From positions 23,336-87,335 of the forward strand of contig JBMNPL010000001.1 in the NCBI GenBank assembly GCA_050943575.1: a DNA stretch of 64,000 nucleotides. Direction: 5' to 3'. The notes under the pieces are model-generated. The model saw only the letters and a list, made by a program, of their open reading frames with translations. It searched no databases and was not told where the DNA came from. The stretch is from Alphaproteobacteria bacterium (GTDB lineage: Bacteria > Pseudomonadota > Alphaproteobacteria > Rs-D84). The first letter of the stretch is position 1. Each line of letters opens with the position of its first letter. This document shows positions 59,005 to 64,000 of this stretch, piece by piece. The position numbers and the translations under genes are program-made.

Positions 59005-60245
59005 ATACACTAATAGATTCTATAGTTAATGATACTGTGCAGTGTTGGGGCTGTCGTGTGTTCGATCGTTTATTCCAAGTGATTTCTGCCGCCACCGCAG
59101 CAGTTTATGAAAAAATAGCATTTTTTGCCGTGATTTTATTATGTGTTTTTGTTGCTTTTTATGTTTTACATTCAGTTATAACAAATTTACGTTCAGCAGA
59201 AAAAATAGATCCAACATATGAAAGTTATTTTAAACCAGTAATAATAAACGCGTTATTTGTGGTCGCAATTTTAGGATTAGGAGTCATGATCCCAAGGTTT
59301 ATAACGACTGTTACTTTTGAACCAGTTGCTGATGTTACTTTAATTTATACACAGTCAATGTTGAATACAGATCAAGCAAAAGTTGATGAAAAAGTAGAAT
59401 ATGTTCCAGAAACAATGCCGGATGATGGATTTTATAGACCGCAATTACGCGATAAAATAATTATGCTGATGAAAACAAGTATCACTCAATTTCAAGCAAT
59501 GATGAAATTAGGAATGATAATAATGGATAGTGCTTTTTCTTGGAACGCTTTATTAGGAATTTTTGCACTTGTAAAACATATTATAATATTTTTTATGGGA
59601 CTTTATATAACTTGGGCATTTTTTAAATTATTTATAAAATTTTGTTTTTATTTTGTAGATGTTATAATTGATATGACTTTTTTCGCATTCTTTTTCCCAT
59701 TCATGTTGGTTTTGTGGGTATTTAAAAATTCAAAAAGTGCAGATTGGGTAAAAAATATGAGCAAGAAAATAACACCAACTTTTTTTAAAAATTTGATAAA
59801 TTCTATAGTTTCATTGGCGACTGTTGTGATAACTTATGTTATTATTATGGTTGTAATGGCCAAGTTTTTCACTGGTTCAAATAGCAGTAGTGCTGAATTA
59901 ACCGAACAAATAATGAATGGAACTATATTTGCCGGCGATCTTTCAGATGATAATTTGACTATGGTTACATTATTCGGTGTTCTAGTTCTGGTTTATATTG
60001 TTCAATATTTGGCAAGTAATATTTCGCAAGTTTCCAAGGCAATAACAGATACATTTGAAATTACAGATATTCATACAGATGGAAAATCAGCAGGTGAAAC
60101 AATGGGTGAAGATGCGTTAAAAATAGGGAAAAATACATTTGATTTTGCTAAAAATACCGGAAAAATACTTTGGAGTGCTGCTACAGGTAAAGAATCTGAT
60201 AAAAAAGAAGAAAATAAAGAAGCCTCTAAAACTAATAAAGAATAA
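59001..60245 (+). CDS. polytopic membrane protein P3, paralog array; tentatively VirB6/TrbL-like
   Basis: 414 aa with motif PRFITTVTFEPVADVT, multiple TM helices and a hydrophilic K/E-rich C-tail. Confidence 0.55.
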   Translation: MNTLIDSIVNDTVQCWGCRVFDRLFQVISAATAAVYEKIAFFAVILLCVFVAFYVLHSVITNLRSAEKIDPTYESYFKPVIINALFVVAILGLGVMIPRFITTVTFEPVADVTLIYTQSMLNTDQAKVDEKVEYVPETMPDDGFYRPQLRDKIIMLMKTSITQFQAMMKLGMIIMDSAFSWNALLGIFALVKHIIIFFMGLYITWAFFKLFIKFCFYFVDVIIDMTFFAFFFPFMLVLWVFKNSKSADWVKNMSKKITPTFFKNLINSIVSLATVVITYVIIMVVMAKFFTGSNSSSAELTEQIMNGTIFAGDLSDDNLTMVTLFGVLVLVYIVQYLASNISQVSKAITDTFEITDIHTDGKSAGETMGEDALKIGKNTFDFAKNTGKILWSAATGKESDKKEENKEASKTNKE

Positions 60246-60248
60246 CAT

Positions 60249-61709
60249 ATGTTGAAATCAAAATTGATCTTAATGGCAGTTAAAGCGATAATGTGGATTA
60301 TCGCCATAGGGGTTGGTATTTGGTATTTAGCATCAAGTATAAATGGAGATGCTATTACTTATGCAAGTATGGATCAGTTTTTGCAGGCAATTGGTGCATG
60401 CAATAATGGTGTGTGTGATATATCACAAGCAAATGGATGTTTTTTATGTCCATATGTCACACAACTGTTTAATGTAATTGGTATGGCAACAAAAGATTTT
60501 TGGGAAGCATTAGTTAATAATTTATGGATTTTAATAGCATTAGGTTTTGTGGTTTTTTTGTTTATTCACACATGGCAAGAAATGACCAAAGCGAATAAAG
60601 AAAATGTTAAAATGACAACCGAAGCCAGAAACTTTGATTTTAAAAACTGGTTTGATCCAGTGTGGAAACAATTGGCCAGAGTTTTATTTGTTGGTGTGTT
60701 TTTAGGTGCGTTAAGTTTTGGTGGGACAACAATTTTAAAAACAGTATCCGATATCACAATTCGCCCAGTTATGTTTGTTGGTTCTGAATTGGCTATGGCC
60801 GCAACAGGAACAGGTGCTAGTGCCAGATGTCCGGCACTAGAAACTCAAAATACAGATAATGTAATTGGTCCTGCATTAAAACCGTTTATGTGTGTTGTTG
60901 GAAATGCTAGTAGTGTTGTTTTAGCCGGTGCAGCAGGTGGATTTTCTTTGATGAATTTTGCATGGATGGGAATGGGGGGAGGATTATTTACTTGGTTGGC
61001 CGGTTTAGGATTAGTTATAATGTTCTTGTTCATTGGTTTCAGTTTATTATTTGATATTTTGAACGTTGTTTTTAGGTTGGTGTTTATAATTATATTTTTA
61101 CCCGTAATTATTGCTAGTTATGCGTATGAAAATGTTTGGAGTTTGTTAAAAGGGACTGTTGGTAAAGCTGTAGATATGCTTGTTAATTGCGCAGTTAGAG
61201 TTATTGCTATTACATTAAAAGTTTTGATAATTTATGCAATAGTTGCATATGCAGCGGATGAATATTTTCCTGGCCCACTAGACGGATATTCTGTAATCAC
61301 TCCACCTGGATTTGCTGGGATGCAATCTGCGGAACATTCATCAAATAAAATTGTTGCCAAGGTGTTTATAGATTGTGAAAAAGCGTCAGTTAAAGATGGA
61401 AAAATGGATAAAGATTTATTCAAAACATGTTTTAAACGTGAAAGTACAAGTATTGAAGCTATGCATCCAGGTGCATTTGATTTTATGAGACATGGATGGG
61501 ATTTCTTTATACTAATGTTGGGCATATTCTTGCTATATTTTTATGTTATTAGCAAAAAAATAGATGAAATTCTTATCGGTGATGGGATAGGGAAAGAACC
61601 AATATTTCATATAGGTAGCTCATTCAAAGAATTAGGACAAAAAATATGGAGTATTCCATCAGGTATAATTAAAAAGATTACAGACGCAATGGCTGCAGCA
61701 AAAAAATAA
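60249..61709 (+). CDS. polytopic membrane protein P4, paralog array; tentatively VirB6/TrbL-like
   Basis: 486 aa with Cys-rich first periplasmic loop (CNNGVCDISQANGCFLCP), multiple TM helices and short basic tail. Confidence 0.5.
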   Translation: MLKSKLILMAVKAIMWIIAIGVGIWYLASSINGDAITYASMDQFLQAIGACNNGVCDISQANGCFLCPYVTQLFNVIGMATKDFWEALVNNLWILIALGFVVFLFIHTWQEMTKANKENVKMTTEARNFDFKNWFDPVWKQLARVLFVGVFLGALSFGGTTILKTVSDITIRPVMFVGSELAMAATGTGASARCPALETQNTDNVIGPALKPFMCVVGNASSVVLAGAAGGFSLMNFAWMGMGGGLFTWLAGLGLVIMFLFIGFSLLFDILNVVFRLVFIIIFLPVIIASYAYENVWSLLKGTVGKAVDMLVNCAVRVIAITLKVLIIYAIVAYAADEYFPGPLDGYSVITPPGFAGMQSAEHSSNKIVAKVFIDCEKASVKDGKMDKDLFKTCFKRESTSIEAMHPGAFDFMRHGWDFFILMLGIFLLYFYVISKKIDEILIGDGIGKEPIFHIGSSFKELGQKIWSIPSGIIKKITDAMAAAKK

Positions 61710-61721
61710 TAAAAAATAAAA

Positions 61722-63014
61722 ATGGCTTTATTTAAATTAAATTTTCAAAAGAAAAATATATTGCACAGGCTTGTGTCGATTGCTTTTTGCTTGTTAGTTG
61801 TTATATTTTTATCAACCCCATTATATGCTGAAAGTAATACTCCCAATGTTGGTGATATTGCAGATTATGGTGTTTGGGCAACTGAAAATAATAAACAGCT
61901 TGTTATAAATAATATATATTCAGATATAGATACATTTTATACACCAATCGTTGATAATTATGTCCCTGTAGAAGCACGAGTAGGTAAATCACTAATTGGT
62001 GCATTGAAAATTATTGGTGATGTGTTACAACGTAGTTTATTTAACTTTATTCAAATATTTTTATTAGTTCTGTTCGCTTTTTGGTTGATGTTTGAAGCAT
62101 ATAATTTAATTAAATCTAATGGCGATGTAAAAAAAACAGCGATGGAAATTGTAAAAAAAACTATATTAGTTTTAATTTGGATTTGGGTTTTAAATAATGA
62201 TCCTGGAAAAATTTTTATGACTATATTTGGGCCGATTATTAGTGCCGGAAGTTATGCATCTGATTTAATTTTAAACTCTATTGCTGGTGCTGCGGGAACT
62301 AGCCTGCCAGACACTTGTGATGCTATACGAAATTTTATTAGCGATGATAGATATACAGCAGATTTAATTTGTATGCCGACACGATTATCTGGGTTCTTTT
62401 ATACTTGTATTTCAGCAGGATTTAAATGGATGGCTGCAGGTATTGGGCGTAGTGCCCTAACATTTATTGCTGGTGCGGTATTTGTAGTTATATTTGCTAT
62501 CAATATATGGAAATTTGCATTGTTGGCATTAGGTGTTATTGTTGATTTATTTTTAGCAATAATTTTATTACCATTTACCGCGATAAAAGAATGTTTCGGC
62601 CAAGGAACTAGTTTACAAGGTGTTGCAGGTAGTATATTTACAGCCTTTGCCGGATTATTTAAATCAGTTAGTTTAAATGATCAAATTCAACGATTTATCC
62701 GCGCAATAATTTATTTTATTGTATTATCTATAATGGCAGCAATTGGAGCAGCATTATTGGGTGGCGTAGTAAGTGCTGATTTATCGGCTGCTACACCATC
62801 AGTTCAAAGTGATAGTTTTATGTCTGTATTAATAGTCGGTTGCTTGGTGGCTTATCTGGTTTCTAAATCGGCAAAAATAGCTGAAGATTTAGGCGGAAAA
62901 ATAGATGACTCATTTGGTAAAAAAGTTCAAAATGATATAAAAAATCTTTGGGACAAGACGAAAAAGCAAGTTACAGATTGGCGAGAAATTTATAAAGAAC
63001 AAAAAAAAAAGTAA
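61722..63014 (+). CDS. polytopic membrane protein P5, paralog array; tentatively VirB6/TrbL-like
   Basis: 430 aa with signal-like N-terminus, multiple TM helices and Lys-rich C-tail (KEQKKK). Confidence 0.5.
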   Translation: MALFKLNFQKKNILHRLVSIAFCLLVVIFLSTPLYAESNTPNVGDIADYGVWATENNKQLVINNIYSDIDTFYTPIVDNYVPVEARVGKSLIGALKIIGDVLQRSLFNFIQIFLLVLFAFWLMFEAYNLIKSNGDVKKTAMEIVKKTILVLIWIWVLNNDPGKIFMTIFGPIISAGSYASDLILNSIAGAAGTSLPDTCDAIRNFISDDRYTADLICMPTRLSGFFYTCISAGFKWMAAGIGRSALTFIAGAVFVVIFAINIWKFALLALGVIVDLFLAIILLPFTAIKECFGQGTSLQGVAGSIFTAFAGLFKSVSLNDQIQRFIRAIIYFIVLSIMAAIGAALLGGVVSADLSAATPSVQSDSFMSVLIVGCLVAYLVSKSAKIAEDLGGKIDDSFGKKVQNDIKNLWDKTKKQVTDWREIYKEQKKK

Positions 63015-63067
63015 ATTGATAATTGATAAATATTAATGCAAAATAGATAAAATTTATAGAGGGGAAA

Positions 63068-64000
63068 ATGTTATCAACAATATTATCTAATCATGGTTAT
63101 GAACTTAGCGGTGGTTTATCTTTTGCTTGTGGGTTTGCAGCTGCTTTTATAATAATGTTAATATTTGGTCGCAAATATATAAATGCTATGCGTCGCTGGC
63201 AGAAAAAAGGACAACCAATTAGTGAAAATGTTCCACAATCCCATTTAATAAAAGCAGGCACACCAACAATCGGGGGTGGTTTATTATTATTAGCCATCAT
63301 TGTATCTAGTATTTTATTTATGGATTTTACAAATCCTTTTCCGTGGATTGCGATTGGTTCATTAATTTGGTTTGGCGTGATTGGGTTTATGGATGATTAT
63401 AAGAAAATAACCAGCCAAAGTAAAAAGGCTTCAAATGGATTATCACCAAAAATGAGATTGTTATTAGAGGGGTTAGGAGTTGTTATATTGGCATATTGTA
63501 TTAATTCAGTTATGCCTATTTATCTACCTTCTTATTCAATCGCTTTCCCTGGCGGTTATATTTTCCCAATAGGTATTTTGTTGTATTTTATTTTTGCTTA
63601 TTTTGTAATTGCTGGGACTGCAAATGCTGCAAATATAACCGATGGTTTAGATGGTATGTTATCAAAAATATATTTACCTATACTAGTTGTATTGCTTGTT
63701 GCTTTATTTGGTGCAACACGTATAGGTTTCATACCAAATTCTTTATTGTTACCAGATAGTGCAGCATTGTTTCCAGTTTTAGGTGCAACTTTTGGTGCTT
63801 TGATTGGATTTTTATGGTTTAATTCATCACCAGCACAAATTTTTATGGGTGATACAGGTAGTTTAGCATTAGGCGGTTTTGTCGGGACAATATCAATGTT
63901 GTTAAAAGTTGAAATTATAATAGGTGTTGCAAGTTTAATGATGGTTACAATTTTACTATCCAGTTTTATTCAAACATTTGTTTATAAATTAACCAAAAAA
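63068..64000 (+). CDS. mraY: phospho-N-acetylmuramoyl-pentapeptide transferase MraY (N-terminal part; continues beyond window end)
   Basis: RBS agagggg before the ATG. GFMDDYKK and NAANITDGLDG motifs. Collinear with E. coli MraY. Confidence 0.9.
   Translation, partial: MLSTILSNHGYELSGGLSFACGFAAAFIIMLIFGRKYINAMRRWQKKGQPISENVPQSHLIKAGTPTIGGGLLLLAIIVSSILFMDFTNPFPWIAIGSLIWFGVIGFMDDYKKITSQSKKASNGLSPKMRLLLEGLGVVILAYCINSVMPIYLPSYSIAFPGGYIFPIGILLYFIFAYFVIAGTANAANITDGLDGMLSKIYLPILVVLLVALFGATRIGFIPNSLLLPDSAALFPVLGATFGALIGFLWFNSSPAQIFMGDTGSLALGGFVGTISMLLKVEIIIGVASLMMVTILLSSFIQTFVYKLTKK

Noticed and set aside
63097-63300. Minus-strand 67-aa ORF
   Set aside because: Lies inside the mraY coding region on the opposite strand.

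Overview
This is an AT-rich (roughly 30% GC), densely coding chromosomal segment. Its gene content and fragmented operon order (nusA-infB without rimP; mutS-truB-rpsO-pnp-ybaB; rnpA-yidD separated from rpmH; sigma-32 rpoH; Pal/LptD/SurA; ParAB) suggest a reduced-genome, probably obligate-intracellular, Rickettsiales-like alphaproteobacterium. This taxonomic call is inference only. Most of the window is housekeeping: translation (infB, argS, metG, valS, infC, der, L31/L33/L34/S15, four tRNAs), nucleic-acid metabolism (gyrA, mutS, pnp, truB, rlmN, rsmG, rnpA), envelope biogenesis (pal, lptF/G, lptD, surA-like, bamB-like, mraY) and lipid metabolism (accBC, gpsA, acyl-CoA ligase, acyl-ACP thioesterase). 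Five regions stand out. (1) At 6.2-7.7 kb, next to tRNA-Val, three tandem complete transcription units each carry a conserved promoter, 5'UTR, ribosome-binding site and signal peptide fused to fast-diverging coiled-coil secreted proteins. (2) At 43.1-45.3 kb, two secreted cysteine-rich / glycine-zipper proteins sit side by side. (3) At 49.3-50.2 kb, a hypothetical ORF is flanked precisely by 38-bp direct repeats and followed by an orphan winged-helix fragment. (4) At 50.2-54.7 kb, an islet punctuated by two tRNAs holds gene fragments, an orphan solute-binding protein, a methyltransferase and a GNAT. (5) At 56.3-63.0 kb, five paralogous polytopic membrane proteins form an array (one copy divergent, four translationally packed), resembling VirB6/TrbL-type type IV secretion (T4SS) channel paralog arrays but with no other T4SS gene in view. 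No rRNA, CRISPR array, transposase or integrase was recognised. Several genes appear to use GTG, TTG or AUA start codons.
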